Origin: a virus
Lineage: Duplodnaviria > Caudoviricetes
Strand: one strand, 5' to 3'
DNA length: 64,000 bases
IMG/VR virus record: IMGVR_UViG_3300036402_000307
Span: 657 to 64,656 of that record
The position numbers and the translations under genes are program-made. Under the pieces are notes generated by a model. That model was given only the letters and a program-made list of their open reading frames with translations. It was not told the origin of the DNA and did no database searches. Positions 55,307-64,000 of the stretch are shown in pieces (position 1 is the stretch's first letter; every line of letters begins with the position of its first letter).

Positions 55307-57103
55307 ATGGCGATGACCCGCTACACCGACGAGCCGGGCTCCCCCGCCTGGCACTCGCGCCGCGCGCGCTGCTTCAATGCCGGCGACGCCTCCGCAGCCA
55401 TGGGCTGCCACCCCAGCGGCAAGACCCGCACCCAACTGATGCAGGAGCTGCACACCGGCATCGAGCGGGAATTCAGCGACTACGTGCAGGAGAAGGTGAT
55501 CAACCCGGGGCACCGCATCGAGGCACTGTGGCGCCCGATCGCAGAGCAGATCCTGGGCGAGGACCTGCAGGTGCTGGCCAGCACGCTGGATGTCGGCCTG
55601 TCGCGCCCGCTGGGCGCCTCCCTGGACGGGGTCAACTTCATGGAGGACACGCTCGGCGAGTGCAAGTCCGCCAACGAAGCGCTGCGCGCCGCCCTGCCTC
55701 ACACCGGCCGGGACAGCCACGAGCGCAACGACGCCCGCCAGCTGCCGAAGGGGTATCGCATTCAGCTCGAGCAGCAGCAGCTGGTGTTCGGGGCGACGCG
55801 GACGCTGTTCTCCGCTTGCCAGTTCGACGCCGAAGGCAACGTGACCGAGGAGCGGCACTGTTTCTACACGTCCGACCCCGACCTGCGCGCCGAGATCCTG
55901 GCGACTTGGCGCCAGATCGACGCCGACCTCGCCGCCTACGTGCCGCCTGTCGCTTCCTCCGTGGAGAAGTTCGTGGCCGAGCCGGTGGAGGCCCTGCCGG
56001 CTGTCTTCGTGAAGGTGGAGGGCAGCATTGCCATCCGCGAGAACTTCGACGCTTTCGAGCAGGCGGCACGAAAGTTCATCGACACCGAACTGGTGCGCGA
56101 GCCGAAGACCGACGAGGACTTCGGCAAGCTGGAGGTGCAGATCAAGACCATCAAGCAGGCCCGTGGCGCGCTCAAGGACGCCGAGGCCGGATGGATTGCG
56201 CAGATCGAGCCCGTCAGCGCGGCCAAGCGGCGCAAGGACATGCTGGACGACCTGCTGCAGAAGTATCAGAGCCTTTCCGAGCGCGTCCTCAAGGACGAGA
56301 AGGAACGCCGCCGCGTCGACATCGTCACCGCCGGCAGCGGCGCCTTGCTGCAGCACATCGCCGCCCTGAACAAGCGCCTGGGCAAGCCCTACATGCCGTC
56401 GGTCCCGGCCGACTTCGGCGGCTGCGTGAAGGGCCTGAAATCGGTGGCCAGCATGGAAGACAAGGTGGCGACGGAACTGGCGCGCGCGAAGATCGCGGCC
56501 AACGAGATCGCCGACCGCATCAGCCTGAACCTGGCCGCGCTGGGCGACAGCCGCATCGCCGCGCACCGGGCGCAGGAAGAGCGTCGGCTGGAAGCGGAGC
56601 GCGCCCGCATCCGGGCCGAGGAGCAAGCCAAGCTGGCCCGCGAGCAGGAGGCGCGGGAAGCCGAGGAGCGCCGACAGCGCGCGGCAGCCGAGGAGGCCCA
56701 GCGCGAGGAGGAAGCGACGCGCACGGAGCAGGAGCGCCAGCAAAAGCAGAAGCCGATTGCCGAGCAGTTGGCCGACCTTCCCGTTCTAGGCACCCTGCGC
56801 AGCACCGGCGGCCCAGGTAGCGGCCGATTTGACTTCGAGCCCGCCGCCGGCCCCGCCGTCATCCCCATGCCCACCCGCGCGCCGGCCGCGCCCGTCGGTC
56901 CGCCGACCCTCACCCTCGGTCGGATCAAGGAGCGTATCGCGCCGCTAACGATCACCGCCGAAGGCCTGCGCGAGCTGGGCTTCGAGGCCGCCGGCCGCGA
57001 CCGCGCCGCGGTGCTGTACCACGACGCCGACCTGCCCTACATCCTCACCGCGGCCATCGCCCACCTGACGAAAGCCCGCGACCAACTGGCCAAGGCCGCC
57101 TGA
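55307..57103 (+). CDS. YqaJ-like exonuclease with long coiled-coil extension
   Basis: PGSPAWHSRR, GHRIE, ASLDG, ECK, QLEQQ; next to bet. Confidence 0.85.
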   Translation: MAMTRYTDEPGSPAWHSRRARCFNAGDASAAMGCHPSGKTRTQLMQELHTGIEREFSDYVQEKVINPGHRIEALWRPIAEQILGEDLQVLASTLDVGLSRPLGASLDGVNFMEDTLGECKSANEALRAALPHTGRDSHERNDARQLPKGYRIQLEQQQLVFGATRTLFSACQFDAEGNVTEERHCFYTSDPDLRAEILATWRQIDADLAAYVPPVASSVEKFVAEPVEALPAVFVKVEGSIAIRENFDAFEQAARKFIDTELVREPKTDEDFGKLEVQIKTIKQARGALKDAEAGWIAQIEPVSAAKRRKDMLDDLLQKYQSLSERVLKDEKERRRVDIVTAGSGALLQHIAALNKRLGKPYMPSVPADFGGCVKGLKSVASMEDKVATELARAKIAANEIADRISLNLAALGDSRIAAHRAQEERRLEAERARIRAEEQAKLAREQEAREAEERRQRAAAEEAQREEEATRTEQERQQKQKPIAEQLADLPVLGTLRSTGGPGSGRFDFEPAAGPAVIPMPTRAPAAPVGPPTLTLGRIKERIAPLTITAEGLRELGFEAAGRDRAAVLYHDADLPYILTAAIAHLTKARDQLAKAA

Positions 57104-57105
57104 CC

Positions 57106-57717
57106 ATGGGAACGAAGAACAACCCCGGTAAGTTCGACTGCTACGCCAACGCGGAGCCAGACGAGCCGATGTTCATCATGCTCGGACGCGACCGCATAGG
57201 CGGATCGCTGGTGCGGCTGTGGGCCTCCGTGAAGGAGACTTTCCAGGAGGACCGCAAGAAGCTCACCGAAGCGCGGGAATGCGCGGCTGCGATGGATGCG
57301 TGGTGCCAGGAGAAGAATGGCATGTATCACGACGCCATGGCATGGCTGCCCTTCGATGTTCTCGCCGCGGAGTGGAAGCGGCGCGGGCTGCCTATGCCGG
57401 TGACTCCCGAAGTCATGCCGGTGGTGCGAGACACGGATGGCCACTGGTTTCATCCCGACTGGCCGGCTCGCGCCACGCCGGACGAGTCCAGCGAGGAACC
57501 AACGGCGCGCGCGCTGGGACTGGAGCTCGGCTGGGTTCACATGGAAAGCCAGGTCAGCGACGCTGTGTGGGACGCCTACAGCGACTCCAACAGCCCCGAC
57601 TGCAACGCCTGGACACCGGCACCCCCGGACAGCGACCCGGCCTGGTTCCTCACGGCAATTTTCGATTCGGAGGGTGGTCCGGTGGCGCACTGGTGCCGAC
57701 CGATCACCGCCGCATGA
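57106..57717 (+). CDS. Two-module hypothetical protein
   Basis: MGTKNNPGKFDC..DEPMF module plus VRDTDGHW..W..DSEGGP module. Confidence 0.65.
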   Translation: MGTKNNPGKFDCYANAEPDEPMFIMLGRDRIGGSLVRLWASVKETFQEDRKKLTEARECAAAMDAWCQEKNGMYHDAMAWLPFDVLAAEWKRRGLPMPVTPEVMPVVRDTDGHWFHPDWPARATPDESSEEPTARALGLELGWVHMESQVSDAVWDAYSDSNSPDCNAWTPAPPDSDPAWFLTAIFDSEGGPVAHWCRPITAA

Positions 57718-58410
57718 CCGCCTTCAAGCTCCCGCCCGCGGCCCTGTCCCAGCACATCGCCGTGCTCGGCAAGACTGGCTCCGGCAAGACGTTCGCGGTC
57801 AAGGGCGCCATCGTGGAGCCACTGCTCGAGGACGGCCGGCGCGTGGGTATCGTCGACCCGACCGGCGCCTGGTGGGGCCTGCGCTCCTCGCGCGACGGCA
57901 AGGGCCCAGGCTTCCCCATCCTGGTGCTGGGCGGCGACCACGGCGACCTGCCGCTGCCGGCGCTCGGCGGCGCCGCGGTGGCGCGCCTGCTGGCAGAACA
58001 GGACGTCAACCTGGTGGCGGACACCACGCAGCTCACCGTGGGCGAGCGGACCCGCTGGTTCATCGACTTCGCCACGGCGCTGTACCGCCTGAACAAGTCC
58101 CCGCTGCACCTGGTGCTGGACGAGGCGCACAACTTCGCGCCAAAGGGGAAGATTCCGGACCCGGACACCGGCAAGATGCTGCACGCGGCGAACACGCTAG
58201 CCAGCGGCGGGCGCTCGCGCGGCATCCGCCTGGCAATGATCACGCAGCGGCCGCAGAAGCTGCACAACGACACGCTGACCTCCGCGGACACCCTGGTGGC
58301 CATGCGGGTGCTGGCGCCGCACGATCGCCTGGCCGTGGAGGACTGGAGTCGCGGAGTACCCCGGCAAGGGCCTTGTCGGCCTGGCCGGCATCTTCAAGGG
58401 GCTGCGCTGA
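57714..58410 (+). pseudogene. HerA/DUF87-like P-loop ATPase, apparently internally deleted
   Basis: GKTGSGKT, VDPTG, LVLDEAH, ITQRP; ends after about 210 aa, with a probable original C-terminus in another frame. Confidence 0.65.
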
Positions 58411-59405
58411 TGGCTGAAAACTCACCGATCGAGTGGACGGACGACACATGGACGCCGATCCGCGCCCGCACCGATGAAATCCAGAACGACGGAGGGGGCC
58501 GGCAGCGGGTGGGCTGGCACTGCGAGCACGCGAGCCCCGGTTGCAAGAACTGCTACGCCGAGGGCATCAACCGGCGGCTGGGCACCGGCCGAGACTTCAA
58601 ACCAGCGGCGCTGGTGCACAGGACGGCGCAAGGCGACACACGCGGCGACATCGTGATGTACCTGGACGAGAAGATGTTGCTGGCACCGTTGCGGCGCAAG
58701 GGTGCGCGCATGGTGTTTCCCTGCTCGATGACCGACCTGTTCGGCCGATTCGTTCGGGACACCTGGATCGACAAGGTGTTCGCTGTCATGGCCCTGTCGC
58801 CACGCCACACGTACCAGGTGCTCACGAAGCGCGCCGACCGGATGGCGGCCTACCTGAACGCGCCCGGCGTGCGCGAGCGCGTTATCGGTGAGGCCTGGGA
58901 CCTCCTCGGCTACCTGCCGAAGTACAAGCACGGCGGCATCCTGGAGCGACCCTGGCCGCTGCCCAATGTCTGGGCTGGCGTCAGCGTGGAAGATCAGGAG
59001 CGAGCCGACGAGCGCCGGCCGGCCGCGGCGGCGCTGGCGGCCGCGGGCTGGATCACATGGGTCAGCTACGAGCCCGCGCTGGCCGCCGTGGACTGGAAAG
59101 GCTGGGAATTCCTCCGCTGGATGGTGAGCGGCGGCGAGAGCGGCAATCGCGCACGGCCGACGCATCCGGACTGGCATCGAAGCGCGCGCGACTTCTGCGC
59201 GGCTCAAGGGGTCGCTTACACCTTCAAGCAATGGGGCAGCTGGGCACCCGGCTCATGCTTCACAGACCGCATCCCGAGTGGCACCTTCTGCGACTTCGAG
59301 GGCTCGTTGCAGACCGACGATGAGCGGGTCTGGAAGGTGAGCAAGAAAGCCGCCGGCCGCCTGCTGGATGGCGTCACGCACGACGGCTTCCCGTTGGTGG
59401 ACTGA
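58410..59405 (+). CDS. DUF5131 / phage Gp37-Gp68 family protein
   Basis: IEWTD..SPGCKNCYA, SMTDLF, LTKR, NVWAGVSVEDQ, SYEP, GGESG, FKQWG. Confidence 0.9.
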   Translation: MAENSPIEWTDDTWTPIRARTDEIQNDGGGRQRVGWHCEHASPGCKNCYAEGINRRLGTGRDFKPAALVHRTAQGDTRGDIVMYLDEKMLLAPLRRKGARMVFPCSMTDLFGRFVRDTWIDKVFAVMALSPRHTYQVLTKRADRMAAYLNAPGVRERVIGEAWDLLGYLPKYKHGGILERPWPLPNVWAGVSVEDQERADERRPAAAALAAAGWITWVSYEPALAAVDWKGWEFLRWMVSGGESGNRARPTHPDWHRSARDFCAAQGVAYTFKQWGSWAPGSCFTDRIPSGTFCDFEGSLQTDDERVWKVSKKAAGRLLDGVTHDGFPLVD

Positions 59406-59605
59406 TGCCCCGCTCCACCTGCCACACCGAATCCCTCTGCGACCGCATGGGCCTGTGCCAGGACTATGCCAAGCAGCAGCTCGCACCGTGCCGTGAGTGC
59501 GATGGCGATGGATTCGTCGACACCAGTGGATTCTGTGATCTTGGTACGTGCGCCGCCTGCAATGGGTCTGGCCGCGTGAAACGGATGGAGGATGACCATG
59601 GCTGA
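59405..59605 (+). CDS. Small protein with DnaJ-like CxxCxGxG repeats
   Basis: CRECDGDG, CAACNGSG. Confidence 0.6.
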   Translation: MPRSTCHTESLCDRMGLCQDYAKQQLAPCRECDGDGFVDTSGFCDLGTCAACNGSGRVKRMEDDHG

Positions 59606-60116
59606 AGCATCGAGAACCACCCTGGAACAGATCCCTGTCGATCCAGCCATTGCGGCGGATGCGGACGAACTGAACGAGACGTTCCGCCGGGTGTGCGAAG
59701 GCCCGCGCCCGGATTCCGACGATCGCCTGCGGGCCGCGCCTATCGGCACCCTGGCGCCCGCCTTCAATGGCGGAGCATGGCTCAAGACCGTGCACGGCTG
59801 GCAGTGGAACGGCCACACGGCTACGCCGGGCAGCACTTTCCCGCGCCCTGGCGGTGACTGGATGGGCGAACTGATTCCCCCTGCCGTCGCTGCGGACAGG
59901 ACCGTGGAAGAGATGACGCCCGCCTTTGTGGACTGGCTATTTGCCAACTGCAAGATGGTGCTGACGCTGCCCGGCTTCGCGTATCCGGTGGAGCACAACC
60001 CGCACGCCAAGAAAGACGGGAGAACGTGGATTGAGTACCACTTCCGCGACTCCTTCTCCGCATCCTCAGCGCCCGACGCTGCAGATTCTGGCACCCCGGA
60101 GGTTCCCCATGGCTGA
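59598..60116 (+). CDS. Modular hypothetical protein
   Basis: GGAGGA RBS. Confidence 0.55.
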   Translation: MAEASRTTLEQIPVDPAIAADADELNETFRRVCEGPRPDSDDRLRAAPIGTLAPAFNGGAWLKTVHGWQWNGHTATPGSTFPRPGGDWMGELIPPAVAADRTVEEMTPAFVDWLFANCKMVLTLPGFAYPVEHNPHAKKDGRTWIEYHFRDSFSASSAPDAADSGTPEVPHG

Positions 60117-60285
60117 ACAGAGAACCCAATTCGACTACCTGCTGAACGCCCTCGAGCGCGCGAGCCAGGCCGACAATCCCGCGGAACACGGCTACGCGGA
60201 TAAGCGTCGTTCGCTGTTCGCATACGTGCGCGAGCTGGAGGCTAGGGCTGGGGTGGCAATGCCTCATGAGGGTCAGCCGGAATGA
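60109..60285 (+). CDS. Small hypothetical protein
   Basis: GGAGG RBS. Confidence 0.55.
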   Translation: MAEQRTQFDYLLNALERASQADNPAEHGYADKRRSLFAYVRELEARAGVAMPHEGQPE

Positions 60286-61211
60286 GCCAAAGCAGTATGC
60301 ATTTCGGCCCGGCCCGGACCGGCGAGAAGCCGCGCCTATTGCTGTCGTTCAGTGGCGGGCGCACCTCTGGCTACATGACGCGGATGTGCTTGACCAAGCT
60401 GGTCGATCAATTCGAGATGCTGGTCGTGTTCGCTAACACCGGCCAGGAGAACGGGCAGACCTTGGAGTTCGTGCGGGACTGCGACCGCCATTTTGGATTT
60501 AACACGGCATGGGTCGAAGCCGTTCCATTCCACGGCGAGCGCAAAAGCTCCGGGCATCGAGTGGTGACGTTCGAGACGGCCAGCCGCAAGGGCGAGCCCT
60601 TCGAGGCAATGATCCAGAAGTACGGCATCCCGAACCGAAACTTTCCGCACTGCACCCGTGAGCTGAAGCGCAACGCGATCAACAGCTACATGGAGAGCAT
60701 CGGCTGGGCCGACTATGCCACCGCCATCGGCGTCCGGCCCGATGAGGCGCGTCGGGTCAATCCCAAGGCTGTGCAGCAACAGATCGCGTATCCCCTGATC
60801 GACTGGTTCTGGGCGGACAAGCAGGACGTCAACGATTGGTGGGAGGGGCAGACGTTCGACCTCCGGCTCCGTGAGCACGAAGGAAACTGCGCCTGGTGCT
60901 GGAAGAAATCTGACGCCAAGCACTTCCTGCTGATCAGAGAGCGGCCTACGGTCTACGAATTCCCGGCTCGCATGGAGTCTCTCTATGGCTACGTCGGCCC
61001 GATGCACAAGAAGGACCCCGACGCGCCGCCGCACAGGTTTTTCCGGCTGGGGCGCTCAACGCAGGAAATGTTCGCTGCAGCCGCCGCTGTGGGCGACCAG
61101 CCGGTGAAGGTGCTGGAGAGGCTCGCGGCAGTCGAGGACGCGGATGCGAACGGCGGCTGCACAGAAAGCTGCGAGCTGTACCCAATGCTCGATTTCGGAG
61201 AAGTCGCATGA
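60282..61211 (+). CDS. PAPS reductase-like (PP-loop, Fe-S) protein
   Basis: SFSGGRTS, FANTGQE, CTRELK, IGVRPDE..R, GNCAWC. Confidence 0.85.
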   Translation: MSQSSMHFGPARTGEKPRLLLSFSGGRTSGYMTRMCLTKLVDQFEMLVVFANTGQENGQTLEFVRDCDRHFGFNTAWVEAVPFHGERKSSGHRVVTFETASRKGEPFEAMIQKYGIPNRNFPHCTRELKRNAINSYMESIGWADYATAIGVRPDEARRVNPKAVQQQIAYPLIDWFWADKQDVNDWWEGQTFDLRLREHEGNCAWCWKKSDAKHFLLIRERPTVYEFPARMESLYGYVGPMHKKDPDAPPHRFFRLGRSTQEMFAAAAAVGDQPVKVLERLAAVEDADANGGCTESCELYPMLDFGEVA

Positions 61212-61354
61212 CGAAACACAACACCGCCACCGACCCAGAGGCATGCAGCAAGGTAATCGACGGCGTGGCCTGCACGATGCCCAAGGGCCACCGTTGCCCC
61301 GATTGTTCGGGGGATGGGGATGGGGTGGCGTTACCTTTGAAGGGAGGTGCGTGA
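61208..61354 (+). CDS. Very small Cys-rich protein
   Basis: 48 aa; coupled at both ends. Confidence 0.45.
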   Translation: MTKHNTATDPEACSKVIDGVACTMPKGHRCPDCSGDGDGVALPLKGGA

Positions 61355-61551
61355 TGGGAATCTATGCGTGCCCAGTTTGCGGCAACCCGAACGGATGGTG
61401 GAGCGGAAACATGCGCGACGTTCACGATTGCCCCGGCCCACCAAGGCGCCAGTGGCCTCAGCGACCGGAATACCCGCCTCAATTGGATTGGTCAGAGGTG
61501 GATGGCAACGACACCGCTGGCGTGCCGGAGGTTCAACCATGCCGCGACTGA
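61354..61551 (+). CDS. Small Cys-containing protein
   Basis: GGAGG RBS. Confidence 0.5.
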   Translation: MGIYACPVCGNPNGWWSGNMRDVHDCPGPPRRQWPQRPEYPPQLDWSEVDGNDTAGVPEVQPCRD

Positions 61552-61853
61552 TGACGCTCACAGAAGCGGTGCAGCGTGTCGTGACGAAGCACGGCGGCAT
61601 CCGTGCTGCGGAGCGCGCGACGGGCGTGGACAAGGGCTTCATGTCCCGGTTGCTTCGCGGACTCAAGACGGCCCCGAGAGCGGAGACGCTCACGAAACTC
61701 GGCCTGCGCTCCGTGCCGCTCTACGAAGCGGCTGACGAGTGCATGCACCCGGACTGCTCATGCCCGAGTAAAGAACGGTGTCGTCTCGCCCCTGGTGTGA
61801 CGGGCCCGGATGCCCAGACCTTTTCACCACAGTCCCCGATGGGTGAGAAATGA
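61539..61853 (+). CDS. Small HTH protein
   Basis: GGIRAAERATGVDKGFMSRLLRG..P..ETLTKLGL. Confidence 0.65.
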   Translation: MPRLMTLTEAVQRVVTKHGGIRAAERATGVDKGFMSRLLRGLKTAPRAETLTKLGLRSVPLYEAADECMHPDCSCPSKERCRLAPGVTGPDAQTFSPQSPMGEK

Positions 61854-62587
61854 GCAAGGAACTCCCCATCCTTTTCCAGGGCGCAATGATTCGTGCGCTG
61901 CTGGCTGACACGAAGACGCAGACGCGGCGGGTGGCAGGACTGCACGTCATCAATGCCGAGCCAGATCGCTACGACTACCTCGGGATCGTGTCGGGGCCGG
62001 CGGAGCCGCACTACGCCTTCCACGACAAGCTCGCCGGCGCGCAGGTGCTGGTCCGGTGTCGCAGTGGCCAGCGCGGCGACCGGCTGTGGGTGCGCGAGAA
62101 CGGCTGGGAGAGGCCATTCCGCACGGCGAAGATGATGCGCGAGGGCGCGGACACCTGGGCGCCCTACTACTTCGACGCCGACGGCATCACGGAGCAGGAC
62201 GCTGCCGACTTCAAGGCTTGGGGGTTCAAGCGCCGGCCCAGCATCCACATGCCGCGTGTGGCCAGCCGCATCCTGCTGGAGGTCACCGCCGTGCGCGTGG
62301 AGCGGCTGCAGGCGATCAGCGAGGCGGATGCACTGTCGGAGGGGATCGTCGCACATCGCAAGGGCGGGTGGCATGTAGAGCAACCGCCGCAAGGCATCGA
62401 AGGCACCAACCACTTCGGCTTCAAGACCGCGCGCGACGCCTACCGCGTGCTGTGGGAGAGCATCAACCCGCCCACCATCCCGCTGCTGGACGAGGATGGC
62501 CGCACCATCGGGAGGCAACTGAACCCGGCGCGATGGGAGGCGAATCCTTGGGTGTGGGTCGTCTCTTTCCGCAGGATCACCCCATGA
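61850..62587 (+). CDS. ASCH/PUA-like conserved phage protein
   Basis: PILF..MIRALL..KTQTRR, GDRLWVRE, PSIHMPR, ERLQAISE, NPWVWVVSF. Confidence 0.8.
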   Translation: MSKELPILFQGAMIRALLADTKTQTRRVAGLHVINAEPDRYDYLGIVSGPAEPHYAFHDKLAGAQVLVRCRSGQRGDRLWVRENGWERPFRTAKMMREGADTWAPYYFDADGITEQDAADFKAWGFKRRPSIHMPRVASRILLEVTAVRVERLQAISEADALSEGIVAHRKGGWHVEQPPQGIEGTNHFGFKTARDAYRVLWESINPPTIPLLDEDGRTIGRQLNPARWEANPWVWVVSFRRITP

Positions 62588-62606
62588 CGGGCTTCATCGG
62601 CCGAAC

Positions 62607-62834
62607 ATGAGCGACGACCTCTTCCTGACCGACGAGCAGGTGGTGAAGCTCACCGGGTGCAAGCTGAAGAGCCGCCAGATCGCATGGCTCAAGGCCGAGG
62701 GCGTACCATTCCGCGTCAACGCCACCGGCCACCCTGTGGTGACCAGGGCCGCCGTGGAGGGGCGCAAACCAGCCGAGGAGCCTCCCCAAGAGGCCCAGAG
62801 ATGGACACCGCGCGTGATTGCCAGAGGAGCGTGA
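62607..62834 (+). CDS. DUF4224-like excisionase
   Basis: LFLTDEQVVKLTG..QIAWL..GVPFRVNATGHPVV; precedes integrase. Confidence 0.8.
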   Translation: MSDDLFLTDEQVVKLTGCKLKSRQIAWLKAEGVPFRVNATGHPVVTRAAVEGRKPAEEPPQEAQRWTPRVIARGA

Positions 62835-62836
62835 CG

Positions 62837-64000
62837 ATGGGGCGAAAGCCGAGCCGATGGTCCAACCTGCCCAGGGGCATGCGCGCGCGACCGCGCGGGA
62901 ACCTCGTGCACTACTACCTCGACACTGGCGCCAAGCCGCGCAAGGAAATCCCACTCGGCAGCGACTACGTGAAGGCCGTGGCGAAGTGGGCTGAGCTGAC
63001 GAGCAAGCCCGCGCCGACACCGACGGCACGTCCCACTTTCGTCGATGCGCTCGACGGGCGTGGCGATGTTGCCGGCTACCGCAAGGACGAGTTGCCTCTG
63101 AAGGGAACCCGGACGCAGCAGGACAACGAGACAGAACTGGAGTGGCTGCTGGAGTTCTTCGGCGATCCGCCGGCCCCGCTGGACAGCATCGAGCCGGTGC
63201 ACATCGACCAGTACATGCGCTGGCGCCTGAAGAGATCGCGCGCGATGGCCGAGGAGAAGAATGCAGCGCGCCGCAAGGCTGGCCGTCCTGAGCAGCCGAT
63301 CGAGCCCGACGTCGGCCACGTGCGCGCGAACCGGGAAAAGGCCCTGTTCTCCCATGTCTGGAACTACGCCCGCAGGGTGGGCCTGACGAAGCTGTCGAAT
63401 CCATGCGCCGGCGTCGGCGGCTTCGAAGAGGACGGCCGCGACGTGGCGCCGGACGCCGAGCTGGTCGGGCGGGTGCTCATGGAGGCCGACAAGCCCCTGG
63501 CGTTCGCCATGCGCCTGGCCGACATCATCGGGCAGCGACCGGCCGATGTACTGCGCGTCAGCGAGACGCATGTGGTCGGCGCCATCCCGGGCGGCATCCT
63601 GCACGTGCAGCAGGGCAAGACGAAGATGAAGCTGCGCATCGTGATCGAGGGCCCGCTGGCCGACCTGCTGCTGGAGATCCGCGCCTACAAGCGCGAAATC
63701 GCGCGCGAGCGGGCCGCGGCCGGTAAGCCGGCAGTGCACACGCTCAAGCTACTGGTGCGCGAGGATGGACAACCCCTCACCGCTGGCATGCTGCGCAGCC
63801 GCTTCGACGATGCCCGACTGCGCGCCGGCGTGAAGAAGGATCTGTTCCAGTTCCGCGACTTCCGCGCGAAGGCGGGCACCGAGATGGACGAAGCCCAAGG
63901 AACGCGCGCCGCCCAGGCGCTGCTGGGGCACACCACCGAGTCGATGACGGTGCGCTACATCCGCAACAAGGTGGGCAGGAAGGTGCGGCCGGCGCGGTGA
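62837..64000 (+). CDS. int: Tyrosine recombinase (prophage integrase)
   Basis: GQRPADV (R), QGKT (K), FRDFRAK, LLGH, VRY (Tyr); stop at 63998-64000. Confidence 0.93.
   Translation: MGRKPSRWSNLPRGMRARPRGNLVHYYLDTGAKPRKEIPLGSDYVKAVAKWAELTSKPAPTPTARPTFVDALDGRGDVAGYRKDELPLKGTRTQQDNETELEWLLEFFGDPPAPLDSIEPVHIDQYMRWRLKRSRAMAEEKNAARRKAGRPEQPIEPDVGHVRANREKALFSHVWNYARRVGLTKLSNPCAGVGGFEEDGRDVAPDAELVGRVLMEADKPLAFAMRLADIIGQRPADVLRVSETHVVGAIPGGILHVQQGKTKMKLRIVIEGPLADLLLEIRAYKREIARERAAAGKPAVHTLKLLVREDGQPLTAGMLRSRFDDARLRAGVKKDLFQFRDFRAKAGTEMDEAQGTRAAQALLGHTTESMTVRYIRNKVGRKVRPAR

Larger units (their letters stand above)
721..64000. mobile_element. Temperate prophage, podovirus-like, about 63 kb, integrated at tRNA-Lys
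   Basis: att at one end and integrase/excisionase at the other; head, tail, lysis, replication, recombination and immunity modules present; no tape-measure gene seen. Confidence 0.95.

Noticed and set aside
59367-59380. GAT-GGC-GTC near the end of DUF5131 as a junction motif
   Set aside because: Explained by the conserved GRLLDG protein motif of that family; excluded from the count.
47560-62600. CRISPR array or classical integron attC array
   Set aside because: Repeats are short, degenerate and in frame, with gene-sized intervals; no cas genes, attC inverted cores or IntI-type integrase recognised.

Overview
Apart from about 0.7 kb of GC-rich host DNA at the left end (a response-regulator receiver gene; host lineage not determinable, Burkholderiales-like by inference), the window is one near-complete ~63 kb temperate prophage integrated in a tRNA-Lys(UUU) gene. 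The duplicated tRNA 3' half (att) lies at 721-769 and the tyrosine integrase ends at 64000. Layout: att-proximal accessory genes (SRAP, SGNH esterase, small membrane proteins); a leftward late operon with podovirus-like morphogenesis genes (TerS/TerL, portal, N4-gp56-like capsid, adaptor/nozzle, SGNH tail spike, lysis genes, ejection proteins including a 1370-aa ART/zincin polyvalent protein); Q-like antiterminator with pR'; nin-like region (RNA ligase, metallophosphoesterase, C5 methyltransferase, RusA, DnaB, initiator); a cro/repressor switch with clear operators; and a rightward early operon (many small ORFs, Bet/YqaJ, DUF5131, PAPS-reductase-like, Xis, Int). Most unusual signals: (1) a recurring in-frame T-GGC-GTG motif near the ends and internal joints of the small early ORFs, suggesting a gene-cassette shuffling system; (2) two genes overprinted in the +1 frame of an ejection-protein gene, plus a third inside the methyltransferase; (3) a tRNA-shaped RNA with a 15-position anticodon stem, near an RNA ligase and phosphoesterase; (4) a hydrophobic leader on the major capsid protein. 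All family assignments come from motif recognition by eye; no database searches were run.
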